NCBI GenBank assembly: GCA_977862235.1
Contig: OZ374565.1
Span: forward strand, 558,001-622,000
DNA length: 64,000 nt
Origin: Dudresnaya verticillata
Lineage: Eukaryota
Reading direction: 5' to 3'
Below are positions 25,402 through 39,742 of the stretch, piece by piece. The translations under genes and the position numbers were made by a program. The notes under the pieces were generated by a model. The model was not told the DNA's origin. It made no database searches and worked only from the letters and a program-made list of their open reading frames with translations. Position 1 is the stretch's first letter, and each line of letters opens with the position of its first letter.

Positions 25402-28400
25402 CGCTTTATGCTCCTCTGAGCCAAAGCCACGACCTTGCCCCTTCATACAACGCTCTCCGTCTTCCTCAAGCCCCTGCACACACCAATCCCTCTCCTCCTT
25501 CGTCCTGTCCTTTTCGACTCCCCTTGCTGACATGCCAGGTGGCTTGGCCCCTGCCCCCGCCCTGGTCGAGCAAAAATTCGTGAAGTTTGCTCATGCGTCA
25601 ATCGACTTTATTGCTGCTACTGTAGCGGACCTTGAACCTGTCGTCGACCTCAAAAACCCCACCTCCGTGTCCACGTTTCTCTCCCATCTCTCCACCTCTT
25701 CAACTGCCACCGCCTTACGTCCAATGTTCGCTTCCGGAACGCCATTCGGCGCCATGCTTTGCATCTTCAACCAGATATCGCTACCGTCCGACACCGCTCC
25801 GGGCCGTTCGTACCTCAAAGCTGTTAAATCTTCAAATGCTCCTGTCGCGCGCCTCCCTGCTCGCTCAACTGCCAAAGAACCTCCGCTAGATCCAGCCACA
25901 ACTCAGATTACTGCCGAGTTGGCTGCTTCGTTACGCCGTACGTCCCGCAGTCTATGTGGCTCCTCCCCGCCTCGCTTTGTTCGCGTTGTTTCATCTACAG
26001 CTTTCGCAAACCCAGCCCATTTTCCCAATGCCCTGCAGATTGGTGGCTTCCCTGGCCCTATCGCCGTAATTCCTACTACGGACGCCACGCAACTCTACGT
26101 TTGCGCGCCGGAGGTAACGCTTCAGCACACCAACACCGCCTATGCTACCTTCCGGTCCTTCGCACAGGCCCCACTTCTACTCCCCCCAACATCACGGTTT
26201 CATCTGTTTTGTCTGATATCGCTGCCCCGCTGCGCTCCGCTGGTGCTGTTCGTCAAGTCCTTGCTCCACTTCGAGCAGAGATACATCGTCTTGAAGTAGC
26301 TGACTGTCGATGGGGTCCCAGACGTTTCTTTGCCGCCACCCTGTGGAAGGCAGAAAAGGATCTGTACGCCCGTCTCCATCATCTCGATTCATCTCATTCT
26401 GAACAGCCAATCACACCGCCCGTAACCGCAACGCCATCCTCCACTGGCAAACGCCCGGCCCCAGCTCAGCTTGCCACTGCCCCCGCACCTCGTCCCATGC
26501 TCTTGAGCAGTCCACCTTCTACCCGCTTCATGATTGGTGACCGCCCTGCTTCAGGCCCCCAGCACTCCTCTCCGACAGCTCCCCTCCCCTCTTCACCTGA
26601 GACCCCACTACACCCCCGACTGCAGCCCCCAATTCACCCCCCTTGACGCCCCCACTGCCTCCACTTCACCCCCCACAGCCCACCCCACTATTACAGCTGC
26701 TCCACCCTCGTAACCTCCCCCTGTACTACTTTTCCTTGCATGTCTGGTCCTCCTGGCGTATCGGAAAGCCGATTTGCCTTGCTTCCCGAACGGATTGCGC
26801 CGATACCATTATGTCAACATACTCTCTCGCCCTCTCGACTCGGAGTTGACGGTCACTCACAGCTCAGTAATCGCGCTTCCTACAGCCCTCCATCTTGACA
26901 CTCCTGCACCACTCTCTCCAAAGACTCGTCCCACTGTTGGCCCTTGCCCTCCACTTCATGTTCTGATGACTACCCCTATTCGTACTATTGACTATGTCCC
27001 GAATGCAATGCGTTCGGAATTCTGAGAACTCTTCACTACTTGCATACGCGAGTTTTTACGAGCCGTTACCCCTGAACAACAGCGCCTATCCTTCACTCGG
27101 CTACTTGCCATCCCCAAGACTGTTCTCCGTCGTATGGGGTCTGGGGAACCGCGGAACCGCAACCGCCGTACATTTCAAGCTGGTTTACGTCGCCGAATAC
27201 ATCGTGCTTAAAATGGTTACTGGAACGCTCTCTTCCACTAAGCCTGTGACTCGCAGGACGCTGAACGCTCTTCTCTGTCTCTTCGTCGATCCTCTCATTT
27301 CCGCGGATGTCTCCGCTCCATGCAGCAGGGTTCTGCTGCCAAAGCGGCGCGCTGCCTCATCTCAGATTCCGATGCTTTCACTCCCACTCCCGAGACGCAC
27401 GACGCCTTAAATCGCCTCCACCCCCGCCCATCGACGGCTATGAGTGCCCGGGACGCTTCAACGCTACCTGCCTCTGCCCTGTTCTCTACTTCTGATGTTC
27501 GGTTGGCCATCAAATCGCTATCTAACTCGTCCAGCCCCGGCCCTGTTGGCCTGCGGGCCAGTATGCTCAAGGCTCTGCTGCATAGGAATGGAGGCACCGA
27601 TCCCTCTCGCGATCCTCTACAGCTATTGACACAGCTCGTGAATTTCGCCGTGAATGGCGGGCTTCCCCAATCCATCCAAATCTGGTTCTGCTCCAGCAAT
27701 CTTGTGGCATTCCCAAACGCTGCACACCGCCCTACCGACCTCCGTCCTATTGCTGTTGGTCTCCTTCTAGCCCGTCTCTTCAGCAGACTTCTTGCTCGGC
27801 GCGCATCTGATTCTCTTGGCTCTTACTTCCGCCCGTTACAGTACGCGGTTGGCACGACCGGTGGCTGTGAAATCATTGGCCATTCCGCTCGCACCTGGTT
27901 CCAGGAAGCGCCTGACGCGAACTTGGATTTGCTTCAGGTTGACGCTTCAAATGCTTTTAACAGCCTGGAACGCCAGTTCATACTGGATGAAGTTTCCACT
28001 CAAGCTCCTGATCTCTCCCGTTGGGTACATTTCGCCTATGGGCAACCCTCTCCGCTCATATTTGGTCCCTTCACACTTCTCAGCCGCACCGGGACTCGTC
28101 AAGGGGACCCTCTCGGAATGCTTCTCTTTTGCCTGGGCATCCACCCTCTACTCCAGCGCCTATCTCCTTCCCCTGACAAATACATGCTTGCTGCCTATGC
28201 GGATGATCTCAACATAATCTCCACTCGCTCGTCAGCACCAACGCTTCTTTCCTCCATTCAATCAGATGGACGCACAATTGGCTTCAATGTCAACATGGCC
28301 AAGACGTGGGCGTCATGGCCTTCTCTTACCCCGCCAATCCAAGACCTACCGTGCCCTGTTCGTCCCTCTACTTCCGCAAAAGTCATTGGGGTGCCCCTCG

Positions 28401-29810
28401 GATGTCTAGCGCTCGACGTCGCATTTCGAAAGCTCGAATCTACCCATGAATTGCTTCGTGACCGATTCACTACACTATGTGATCCCCAAATATCATTTCA
28501 CATTATCCGTGTTTGTTATGCCATTAGTAAGCTATCGTTTCTCCTTCGTACTGTGCCGCCGCACTTAACCCGCACTGAAGTCGACGCGTTCGACCGGAGT
28601 CAGCGAGGCATGTATGATGAGACACACCGTCCCCTGACCGACTCCACCTGGTGCCTCGCTACGCTTCCTGTTCGTTTTGGGGGTCTTGGAATAACATATG
28701 CGTCTGATGTTGTCGATGCTGCTTATGTGGGCTCGCTGCTTCAAGTCCGCTCAGCGGTTCGCCTCCTCACCAACCGCCTCGGACAATTTGCTTCTGCTCG
28801 CATCTGCCCGAGCGATAGAGCCATTACAGAAGCACTGCTTCCTCTACAAAACCTTTCTCTTCTCCCCTTGCCTCTCACCCCGGAAGCTCTATTAAGGAAA
28901 GCTACTCAACGCAATGGTTCGGTTCCTGGCATTCAAATGTCCATTACGGATAGTATTATGGCTGCCCGTGCAGCTGTACTCCGCTCTCCATTGCTTTCCT
29001 CGCATTCTCCAGCAGTGCAAAAATCGCACATGGCTCGTTTACTGTCCTGCAGCACGGCTGAAGCTAGTGCGCCATTTACTTCCCTCCCGAATACCTATCG
29101 CGGTACTCGCTTCACCCCGGAGGATTGGATTACCGCGTGTGATATCCGCTTGGGCAACCCGGTTTTCACCGGCACTACTCCTTGTCCCCACTGTGTACTC
29201 ACGCGGGGCGTGACGCAAGCTCCTCTACTTGATCCTCTCGGGAAACATGCCATCATCTGCGCTAGGCGCGAAAGTGCTATCCGGCGTCATAAAACCTTAC
29301 GCGATGTTCTAGCCAACGAATTCCACCAGTTGGGCCTACGCCCTATCTATGTCGAATACTCGTTTCTCGGCGAACGTCATCTGCCCCTACTTTTCGTCGC
29401 CGTATGGACGTGGTGGTTCCTATTTCTGCCTTTAACACCCGCTCTCAGGCCTTTGACGTTACGGTGGCAGCCCCGTTTGCTGCCAATTACTGCACTGCAG
29501 CCTCTTGCTCGCGTGGAGCAGAGGCGACGCTCGCTGAAAGTCCCAAAAGAACGCATTACCAAGATCTACTCGACAGCGAGGGAATGGATTTCTATGCTGT
29601 CGGTATTGACTCCTACGGCGCTATTGGCACTGAGGCTCTTCAGGCGTTACGTGCCATTGGCCGTCCGAACAGAGAGGGAGTAACCCTTCGGACGAAACGC
29701 AAGCACTCACGAATCGCATTGTATCTCATCTTCTCCGCTTTCAGGCGCTGGCGATCATTCGCCGTCGTCTTGCCCTTCAGGTAGGTCCTTGCGTAGACGG
29801 GACGACTTAG
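25402..29810 (+). mobile_element. CRE-clade (RLE-type) non-LTR retrotransposon, unit 1, frameshifted
   Basis: SPGPVGLR, LRPIAVG, QYAVG, DASNAFNS, GTRQGDPLG, YADD, LPVRFGGLG, CPHC...HAIIC...RH knuckle, MDVV...AFDVTV...ESPK RLE. An upstream Pro-rich ORF region lies at 25532-26646. Confidence 0.92.
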
Positions 29811-32531
29811 CGCCCTTCCAACCCTACCATAAAGGTGCCCACCTCTCGTTTTATGCTTCCGTCTTTTTAACCGATTCGCAGTCGCTTCTACATGTACTGA
29901 AAAGGAAGAACGCTTCGCTCGTATTTGCGATGTTGCAAAGCTCGTGCTACGGTTTAATGGACGCGAAGAACCCAGAAACGGCAATAAGGCTGCATCGATT
30001 CGCCGTTTGCGTGACTGCATTCAACTGGCAATTCGCCGGCAATGGAATGACCTTTGGGAGCAAGCCTCCAGTGCCTTTCCCTCGCTTCCAAATCCTCCTT
30101 GCCAACCTACAGTTGATCCTTTCCGCCAATGCCGTCGGTTTATGGCCGAGGGGAGCATCAGTAAGGCTGCGCGCGGTTTGTGCTCCACTACTGCTACTGT
30201 TACTGCTAATCCCAATACCAAGACGGTCATGGAATCTCTTCACCTTCGTCCGGAAATTGCAGTTAAACCCCGCTTTCCACAATCACTCCCAGCTGCGTAT
30301 ACATTCAACGAGGCGGATGTACGACCGGATCGTAGAAGTCTTCCAGTACACAGCTCACCTGGCCCGGATGGTCTCCGTCCGCTTCATCTTAAGGCATTAA
30401 CGCATGCCCCGGGTGGCTCTGAGCCATCCCACTCTGCAATCGTGGCTCTGGCCGCCTTTGTCAACAAATGTGCTTCGGGCTCTTTACCTCCTCAATACTG
30501 TGCCTGGTTTGGGGGTGCCTTGCTTCTGGGTCTTCCGAAGCACCAATCTTGTGTTCCCAAGCTTCGTCCTATTGCCATTGGCGGTATCCTTAGTCGTTTC
30601 GTTGCCCGCCTGTTGATGAAAAAAATTGCCCAGGACAGTGCTATTCATGAATACCTTCTTCCTCATCAGTTTGCAGTGGGAATCCCTCATGGAGCCGAAT
30701 CTATTATTCACACCACACGTTCTTTCGTGTATTCTAATACTGAGCAAGACTATGTCCTTCTTAAGCTTGATGCCACCAACGCTTTTAACTATGTTGAGCG
30801 TTCTCTTATTCTCATTGAAGTTATCGAAAGAGCTCCTGGCATTGCAAAGTTTGTGCATTTCCTTTTCTAGACAGACCCGTTCACTATTTGGTCAGTCTCA
30901 GTTGTTCAGTCGGACAGGTATACAGGAGGGTGATCAGTTGAGCATGCTACTTTTTGATCTCGCGATTCATCCCCTGCTCATCAACATGCTCTCTACGTTC
31001 GCCTCCATCAAACGTATTGCTGCATATGCTGATGACATTCATATTGCTGTTCCCCATTCTATTGCCTTCGATGTTATTCAGTTTTTAAAGACCCAAGGCC
31101 CCAAAATTGGTTTCAATATGCACATAGCAGTGGGGAAAACAGAAGCTTGGTGGCCTTCTTTATCGTTCCGTCGTGTTTCTCGTTCCAACTCCCTGGGTTG
31201 TTCTATCAACAATCGTGGGTTTATCATAGTTCTGAGCGCCCCTATTGGCAGTACTGAGGGCTGTTTACAACATCTACAAACTAAGCATGAGCCCATCCAA
31301 TATTTCTGGGCCCAACTGAAGCAGCTTAATGATCCTCAACTCGTTTTTCATTTATTACACTACTGTGCTGGAACGTCCAAGCTTTCATACCTACTGCGAT
31401 GCACTCCCCCGCAACTAACCCAAGCCATTTCATTAACACATGACTGTGGCATGCGTGGAGTGTTTGAACACATACACTTTCCATTGGCGGATGAATCCTG
31501 GGATCTGGTTTCGCTTCCCATGCGACACGGTGGACTAGGTCTTACCGATACCCGTCACATTGCCCACTGCAGCTATAGCACCTCCGCCCTGTCCTCTCTC
31601 GCCTGGATCCGATGCCTGGTACCTTTTGATTCTCCTAGTTTTCACTATTTCGTCGCCCCGTCACTTCATAACATTCGCGAACAGCAACTACTCCGTGAAG
31701 ATCGTGACAAATGCAGTGTTTCTTCTATATTATCGGCCGCATCTTCCATTGGCCTTGGTGTCGTTCCCGCATTGTCCCAATATATTCTTCCCTATATTCA
31801 ACGAAAATTGCGCCACGACCTGATGTCCCAGATGACTGCTCAGCATAGCTCTCGAGCCCGAGTACGGATTCAATCTACCTCTACTGTCAACTCTAGCCAC
31901 TCTTTCAGTGCCCTTCCATATGCATCTTTTTCTACCCGCGTGCAACTCGACATATCGCTCACCATGCTCAAACTCAGACTGGGCGTCGCGACATTCCGTG
32001 GTGATCGCCCTTTTTCTGCCTGTCTCCATGGCACATCCGCTGAAGTTCCCCTCCTTTATACCTTTGGACACCATACCACAATCTGTCGATCGGGGCCTTG
32101 CAGCATTCCCCGTCATGATAACCTCCGAAACCAACTTGGGGCTTTCTTTCGTAATACTGCTCGGAACCATGGCGTTACTGTTCAGCTTGAAGGTAACTTT
32201 TCTCACCTAGAGGAGATCGGGGATTCCCGAGTTGTGGAGTCTTCTGCACGCACTGCTTCAGAAAGGCGTCGCGATGCCCGTCAATTGCAACGTAGTGAAG
32301 ACCATTTCGAAGAAGACCGACGTGACCATTTCCGTATGGATCTCTATGTTGATGACCCTGCTTTTGCCCCCCTCCCGCAAGCGTTTGACGTCTCCGTGGT
32401 GACCTCACACCATTCCACTACACTGTCCAAAATGCCTCGCTCTCAGCATCAAGATATTCACCGCCGCGTGCAAGCGAAAGCCCGTCATTATCGTCGTTTA
32501 TTTTCTACCAACCGGATAGATCTCCATCCTA
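29811..32531 (+). mobile_element. CRE-clade non-LTR retrotransposon, unit 2, frameshifted and 3'-interrupted
   Basis: SPGPDGLRPLHL, LRPIAIGG, QFAVG, DATNAFN, GIQEGDQLS, YADD, LPMRHGGLG, HTTIC...RHDNLR, RMD...AFDVSV. Confidence 0.92.
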
Positions 32532-33037
32532 TGTTGAGATATATTTATGTAGAGAGCGGGGATCCCCGATCGGAGAAGTAGAAGCGGAGAGAGCAGTCGA
32601 AGAAGTAGTATCCTCTGCCATTGAGTACCAGCTACTATTCTCTAGTGCGCTCGGGATGTAACTCCTTGATGGGTCTCAGACGAGTAGCGATGCGGTGTAT
32701 GGGGTGATATTGCGCTGCCTTACCACTCTTAGTGTTCGATAGCCACGCCGGGACGCCGATATTGTTTCTTTGGTTCGGAAATTGCGCCACCCCGTTAAAA
32801 AACTCTCACTTTATAGCCGGCCACTGAACCAGATGTACTCAAAACTAGGTCCAATAAATGTTTACTATCACTTGTTGGCGAATGACAGATGCCTCGAGTC
32901 TGAAGGGCTACGGGGCTTCGCATATCCGCTATGTAGGCCCGAGCCCTGGCTGCCACAACGGCCACGTGGAAGTCATCGTAGCATTTTCATTACTAAAAAA
33001 CCTTGTCCTTCAGTTGGATTAAAATAATATATTAACA
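32532..33037. repeat. Dispersed repeat copy 2, LTR-like (TGTTGA...TTAACA), truncating CRE unit 2
   Basis: Homologous to 5522..5830; TG..CA ends but no TSD, so the boundaries are tentative. Confidence 0.55.
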
Positions 33038-36000
33038 CCGTTGCGGGTCTGGTTCATCTCAAGAGGGAGAGCTTGTGGTGTGTCAAAAAAGGCCAAGGGC
33101 GAAGGCATTCGACCATCACCGCTACGGATTCATGAAAAACGCTGTGTGCGCCGGTCTGTCGCATACCTGGGCCTCCAGCTTCTCACCACCCACGTCGGGA
33201 TATATTCCGTCATGGAACAGCTGTATTGCAGTACCGTCGTCGGAACTTCCTTGTCCATTCCAGATAGGGATCGGAATCAACCGGGCATTCAAGCTGCGAG
33301 TTGGGGAACACCACACCGTTACGGTGAGAGCAACACGGTCCAAAGTGCTTGCCCTTTTCGATGGGGTATGACCCCCATGCCGGATATTTGCAAATGTGAC
33401 GCCATGTGACGGGACCCGATTGGAATACCGTTACGGTGAGAGCCGCACAAGCCACCGTGTCTGCTCCTGTGGTACCAAAACGGAACCCGTTACGGATAAT
33501 TTGATGAGGCAGCCGCTCACAGCAAGGACGGACAGGAATCCATTGCGGATGAGTACTGCACGAGAATCAAGCACGTTTTGTTGACTTTCCGTGACGGTAG
33601 AACTCGGGCATCCAGCTTGCGGAGTTTTATGGACCCGAGGTGGCAGTGCTACATGGCGGGAACAGTTTGGCGGGATCCGTTAGGGGGTGAGAGAAAGCAG
33701 AACCTCCGTGACGGTGGGCGCACGAGGACGTAGTTCCATTTAAGAAGGGGTCTCTGGTGAAGTGAGCTTCGGCATCCGAGGCGGTGGAAATGCATATAGT
33801 GTGGCCTGCACCGTTCTTGGACGTGTGGATGTGTACCCGTATCGGTGCTGTGTGCATTGCTGTGTGCCGACGTGCTTTGCTGTGCAGTAGTGGAGCGCAC
33901 CAACCGTAGCGGAGCATTTGTAGTGTGTGTTCTTTATTTCTATTGAGTCTGTTTACAGTGCGTAGAGTAGCGCGCCAGTCAATGAGAATGCTGCGTCTGT
34001 CCGTGTCGGGGATTGCGACCAGCAGGGCTGATTCCACTATGGGTCCAGACCACTAGGGTCTGGCCCACACGGAACAGACGGTTCGGGGGCACCCTGACTT
34101 GTATATCAGGGCGGCACCGCAGGGGCTCCTAAGGTAAACGGGCGAGCAATCCTTGAGTCCCAAGTCTATTGTCGCTCTTTCCTTTACGGTTTTCCCCGCG
34201 CCGAGTCCATTGCGGTCTACCACCACCACCGTTACGGAGTATGTCCCGGTACTTGTACCACCCCCTTATCCGATAGCCGCTCGCTGTTCTCCCGTCTGGG
34301 TGCGAACTAACACCACCTATTTTAGCGGTTCCGCAATCTGACGTTGAAAACAGACTGGAGTCGAATGGATATGCTATGGTATTGCTGGAAAGGAGAGCAT
34401 CCTCTGAGTACTGTGATCAAATCCAATTGGTCAACGGACCATTTTCCCCAACGATATGCCGGTTTGTGTGATTCTAACCAACATTTCCAGGTTTTCCGAA
34501 TTACAATTCCCTTGTGTCGATTTGGCCCGCCCGGACCACTCAATGGTCCGCACTGGGCGAAATTGGTCCGGCTGGTCCTTGTCCGGCGCACGCGTTCCGC
34601 GGGGCTGTTACCCCGTGCCCCGCCAATGGCGCGCAGTGATCCGGTCATGCCCATGGTCGGAACGTGCCCCCACCGCAAAGCCCTGCACATGCGTGCGTGG
34701 GGCTGGTTTCAAACCCGACTTGCCCAGAGCGGGGCGCCCGCGACGTCCAGTGCGACGTATTACTGCGGAGAGCAGCGGTAGCGACTGACAGTCCAGCGGG
34801 TACCGGACACCGGTAACACGTGGTAACGTGCAACCTGCAACCTGCAGCAGCGCACCCTGTCTGAAGACGTCTACTTGCCGACTGACTGCCCTGTTCTCAC
34901 CGCGGCGATGCTCACGAATCACTTTCCCCACCATCCTGCGGGTACGCGTACCCTTCATCGACAATCCGTTTCATCATGCGTGCGCGCTAGTCGTATGCGC
35001 TAGCAATGAGATTTTACCTCAAGCCCGGACTGCTTTTCATCCTCGTGCCACAGCCGCGCATGAAACATCTTCCGAGTTCGGCGTCCCCCTCTACCGCTCA
35101 CATGCAGGCAGCCCCTCTCAGTTGTGTGTGATCCGTGCGGTTTTCTTCTTCGTATACCTTTTACGAGATGATGCACATACGCGGGGGTACTGCCTTCCAA
35201 AGCGGCACACATGCACGCCCGCATTCTGATACACAGTGGCAGTTATCGTACCGCAAGTGGCATTCCACCAGTATAAGGCTTGACTGAATGATGGGCACGT
35301 GAGCCAGTTCCCTCTACAGTCTTGCTCAAGCTTTCCTTGATTTCATCCAAAGCTCGGAGCATGGTATATCATAATGCAGACAGAAATGCTTCTACCTCCT
35401 CCCATTTTCCCACAATAGCATCGCGAAGTGCACCACGCCCACCTTCGTTTACTGCCTTGCACATAGCATGCTTTCGTGTCGTCATTTTCACCATGCGTAA
35501 TGATAATCGCAGTGAGCGTTCTCCTCCGCAGCAACCCTCAAGCCGTGAGGTCTTTTGTCGTTCCCGCACTGACCAGTCTGCGGCCCTAACAGAATACAGG
35601 ACTTTGATACTCGGCTTCTCCTACCTCAAACACTAGAACAACCCTTTACTTTCGAACTAACTCACACCTCGGAATCAGGGTCTTCACCTATCCACTCCTC
35701 CGGGACCTCCCACACCAGCAGTCCCAACACCCCTCGCGCGCCCCTCATGACTCCCTCCGCCACGTCACCAGCCCTTGCGATCATATCGCGAGCCCACCCC
35801 ATGAGCTGGTCCCGGAGCCAGACAGTTGTATCCAGCTGCTCAGGGCAACTCCGCGCGTCTCAAGGATTTCAACGCGGCGTTTCATCAGCTCTCCGCGAGC
35901 ATTTCCAGAGCTGTGTCGAAAGGTACCATTTTGTGACTCTGCGTTACCGTTGTGATCCGGTGCGTCCTTCATATACCCCTCGACATCAATATATTGTCCG

Positions 36001-38052
36001 CACTGAGTATAGAATACAGCTTCTATATTTCTTTCTTCCTGCGAGTGAATTTCTGGACAGCACAGTAGCACTGGTTTCTCTCACGAGTTAGTTACTGATT
36101 TTCCTTTTCTCACGACACCCGACCTCAAGGAGAATAGTTAAAGTTGGATCAGGCAAAAGCTTCTGTGTCTTTCGCTCCGGAATGCCGTGTGTGAACCGTT
36201 TTAATGCCCCTTTAGACCCCTCCTCGTTCTCGTACCGAGACAATGTGCAACCTACCATACTTCTCAGGAGGGTTTGGAAGACTAACCGATCGAAATGTCT
36301 GAAACCGAGTCTGTCGTAACCGCCTTCTGATATTCCGCAAGACCTGACCGAAGAGACCAGTGAGAGCAATTCAACCTCTCCGAGCCGAGACGCCATTTCT
36401 TCAATGCTCTCATCTCTCAGTGAAGAGAATTTTGAGATCGAATGAGGACAAGTCTTCAGAAAGCTGCATACTGTCTAGCGGAAATCCCGCCGTTCTGTTA
36501 CGCACGGATATATCTAGCCATCTGCCCAGACTTCCGACTCGTCGACTCATTGTCTCTCCAGGCCGCACAACGAGGTATCCTTCTGTTTGTTTAGATATTG
36601 ACCGAGCACTGCGTTTGTCGAAACATTGCCTCCAACGTTAAAGTTCTCAGTTCTCAATTTCTTATTCCAGATGGGAGACAGCGGCGTGCTTCGAAACTGT
36701 CAGATCCCGACATAGCCACGTGGAATAACGTTGTGGAATGGTAAAGGAAATGGGCTTGTCTGTAGTCACGTTTTATAGGCGTATATCACTACGGAAAGAC
36801 ACGTGTCCCACGAGAAGCTTTCGCAGAGATTGGGCTTTGTACAGGCGTGGAGCGCTTCCGATGTGGGAAGAAAGGGTCGGGCCAAGACTCTTACACATAG
36901 TCTCTGCGAATGCAGAACATGTAAAATATACGCCCGTTACGCAATATCTCATGTAATCAGAGTTGTGTAGTTCCTAGACCGAAGGGAGTACCACAAACGG
37001 TAACAACTGTAAGGAATGAAGGGAATCAATGGAAAAAGGCGACGGAACGATATCGGAGCAGCTAGAAAGAAGGGAGGTAAGAGGAATCCGTGTACGGAAG
37101 TGGATCGGGGAAACAGTGAAGTAGTACTAGGGTATATATTAGGGAAAACAGTTTGCCTAGGGTTTCTTTCATGTTTACTGTAGGTTCTGCGGCAGCCACA
37201 CAGTAATATAGTGTGAGATATGCCAAGCAGCCTGGTCCATCAGGTGGGTCCGACCCTGCCGGTCCCGGTCACTGTTGCAGACATGCTCGGCATCTTCATT
37301 GGCCTGCATTACACTACGTATTGTACAAGATTGATAAAATTGCCCAACTACAGTAAATTGAATTAACTACCTGAGTCCGACTTTGTTGGCGTCGCAGGCT
37401 CGAGCAAGTTGCGCACATCGTACGATTTCTTGAACACCCTGTGGCGTCTCGCAGCAATTTTCCCAGACGCTCATCCTGATTCCGAGTTCCATCACTGCGG
37501 ACAACTAGAAATCTCGATATTGCACAGCCCTGCCAACATTCCTACAACGATACCTTCATGCGGCACAACGAAGATCCGGGCATAATCTCCGGAGCTCAGG
37601 GAACATGTCGTCCCCGGAGCCGCGTCGTCTTTACTATCTGACGGATTTTTAGAAGCTTCGTATCGTCGATCTACGAAAGACGGATGCTGAATGGTGCTCT
37701 CACTCGCTAGACGATAAGGCTCGATGGGCAAAATTCGAAATCAAACCCCTCCTAGCGCCAACCCAGCGTGGTATTTCCCGTCATTTTACCGACGTTAGGA
37801 GACCTACGCTATTTCCCTCAGACACACATAAGCGTACAGGAATGGAGAATGAAAGGAACTCGAGGTATCTCTTCTATCAGGGTTGAACGCCCAATGTGAG
37901 ACCCGAAATTAGGTCAGCGGCTATATCATCAAGTTAAAAACAAAATTTCTTCAGTATCAGATTTATAAACAGCTTCACGCCACTGATCAGAGGCAAATAC
38001 AATTGACCACCGGTGGCAATACGATTTTCAGAGACGTGCTAATCCCCGATAG

Positions 38053-38948
38053 TGTGGTGCAAAGCGTCCAGTGACGATAGACCGCCGAGCAGTTCGGGGC
38101 TCGGTGGGTAGCTGCGCCCTCGGCGGTAGGTAGTCCCGCCGTGGGCGACTTGGTGGTAGAGCAAAAGGGGCACGCCTTGGGCGGACTGTAAACGCCCGAG
38201 GCGGAAAGGAAGGAAAAGGGAAAGAGAAAGGGGAACACGTCAAGGACGATAGTGGACGTGGAAGCACGGGAGGTAGACGCTTAGCCGTAGGCAGCGGTTG
38301 AATGCGCGCTAGCGGAACGGGGAAGTCTGGACCAAGGCCGGCTTGCCCGGGCGTTTACTGTGACGTCTGGGACGGCTTACCTAAGTATAGTACGGCGGCG
38401 CGGCGGCGTGCGTGTAGCGCGGGAACTCGGGACACGTGTCGTCCCGGGGCGCGTCTGACAGATCACGCGTCGCATGCAGCCGCGCGTCTGATAGACCGCC
38501 GCACAATCCCCTGTGTGGGTGCTTACACGTACACGTGGACGCGTGTGTCTTACAGCCGCGCGTGCGCGCGCACTGTAGAGCGTGCGCCTTAGATCTAATC
38601 TGGTACTTGTCCGATCCTGATCCCATCCGGATCGGGCCAGCAATGCTGATACCGGCAGCCTTACAGGCGCATACCTTACAGCTTAGGCGATCCAGATAGC
38701 CAATCTGGATGCCGGATCCGGATCGCATCCGGATCCGCGCTACAGTGCCCCGGGGCGCCAGGTCGGCCCAGCACTGTACGGTGCCCGCGTGGCGCGCGGC
38801 GCGCAGTGCGCGCGCGCCTCAGCAAGCCGTCGATGACGTGTTCGCGCGCCAACGGCGGTGGTGAGCGCCGGTGGCGGTTTCTCCGTCGGTCGACGTATTT
38901 AGTCTGCCCGCTTTCAGCGAAAAAGGGCTCGCCTCCCCTTGCACCACA
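38053..38948 (-). mobile_element. Solo LTR with 5-bp TSD GATAG
   Basis: TGTGGTGCAA...TTGCACCACA ends; GATAG at 38048-38052 and 38949-38953; internal similarity to LTRs at 41434-42180 and 24532-25401. Confidence 0.9.
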
Positions 38949-39742
38949 GATAGTTGAAGCTGACGTTGAATCAGGTGATGCAGACGAATCAGAGATTCGC
39001 TAACGACTGCCCGTGATCATGCGATTGCTTTCTATTGTGCTTCACTGGAAGGGGACCACCGAAATGGACGACAGCTGAGCCAAGCAAGACCATCGGCCCA
39101 ACTAGAAGGAGACGCTTGGCCAAATAGCGACAATGCAGACGAACGGACGACGGTGAACATACACGTGGACAACACGTGTCCACCGAGTGTATACGCATGT
39201 CACACGTGGCCACCGAAACCAGCACCACGCACCACCTGTCGCGCTGTACAATTGTGATTCAGTTCATGGCGCGACGCAATCATGGTAATGGATTTGGCCG
39301 CAACGCAATCAGAGGAAGACAGGGAAACATCAAGTGAAAATCTGACTCATCTGGCCAATGACGAACGCACAAGTATTTTATTTAGTCTTGTAGAGGCATC
39401 ATATTGGCCCGACACCGGAACGCAAGTAGATATTATGGTCGATGGGGAATAACCTCGGCCACTAACTGTAGAATAGCACTAGATTAGCTGAAATGGCCGA
39501 TTTTGGGTCTATTTAGAAGGCCACACACTACGGCTCGGCCAGAATAGGAACGAAGCCGTCCCGCAAGAGGTTGTGATTAAAGTTTTGCAACCTTTCCCAA
39601 CTTGGCCATTCTACTGTTCTCATCCAGTTGCTGGCCACGACTTCCTCTGCGCGCACCTGCTCTACCACACTTGCTACTGACGCGTATGTCCTTTCTAAGT
39701 TGTGCCAGTCCCTCATAAATCCGTTCGGTCTCCCTGGTCCTT

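Noticed and set aside
34322..37990. Overlapping medium ORFs
   Set aside because: No motifs recognised; probably decayed repeat DNA
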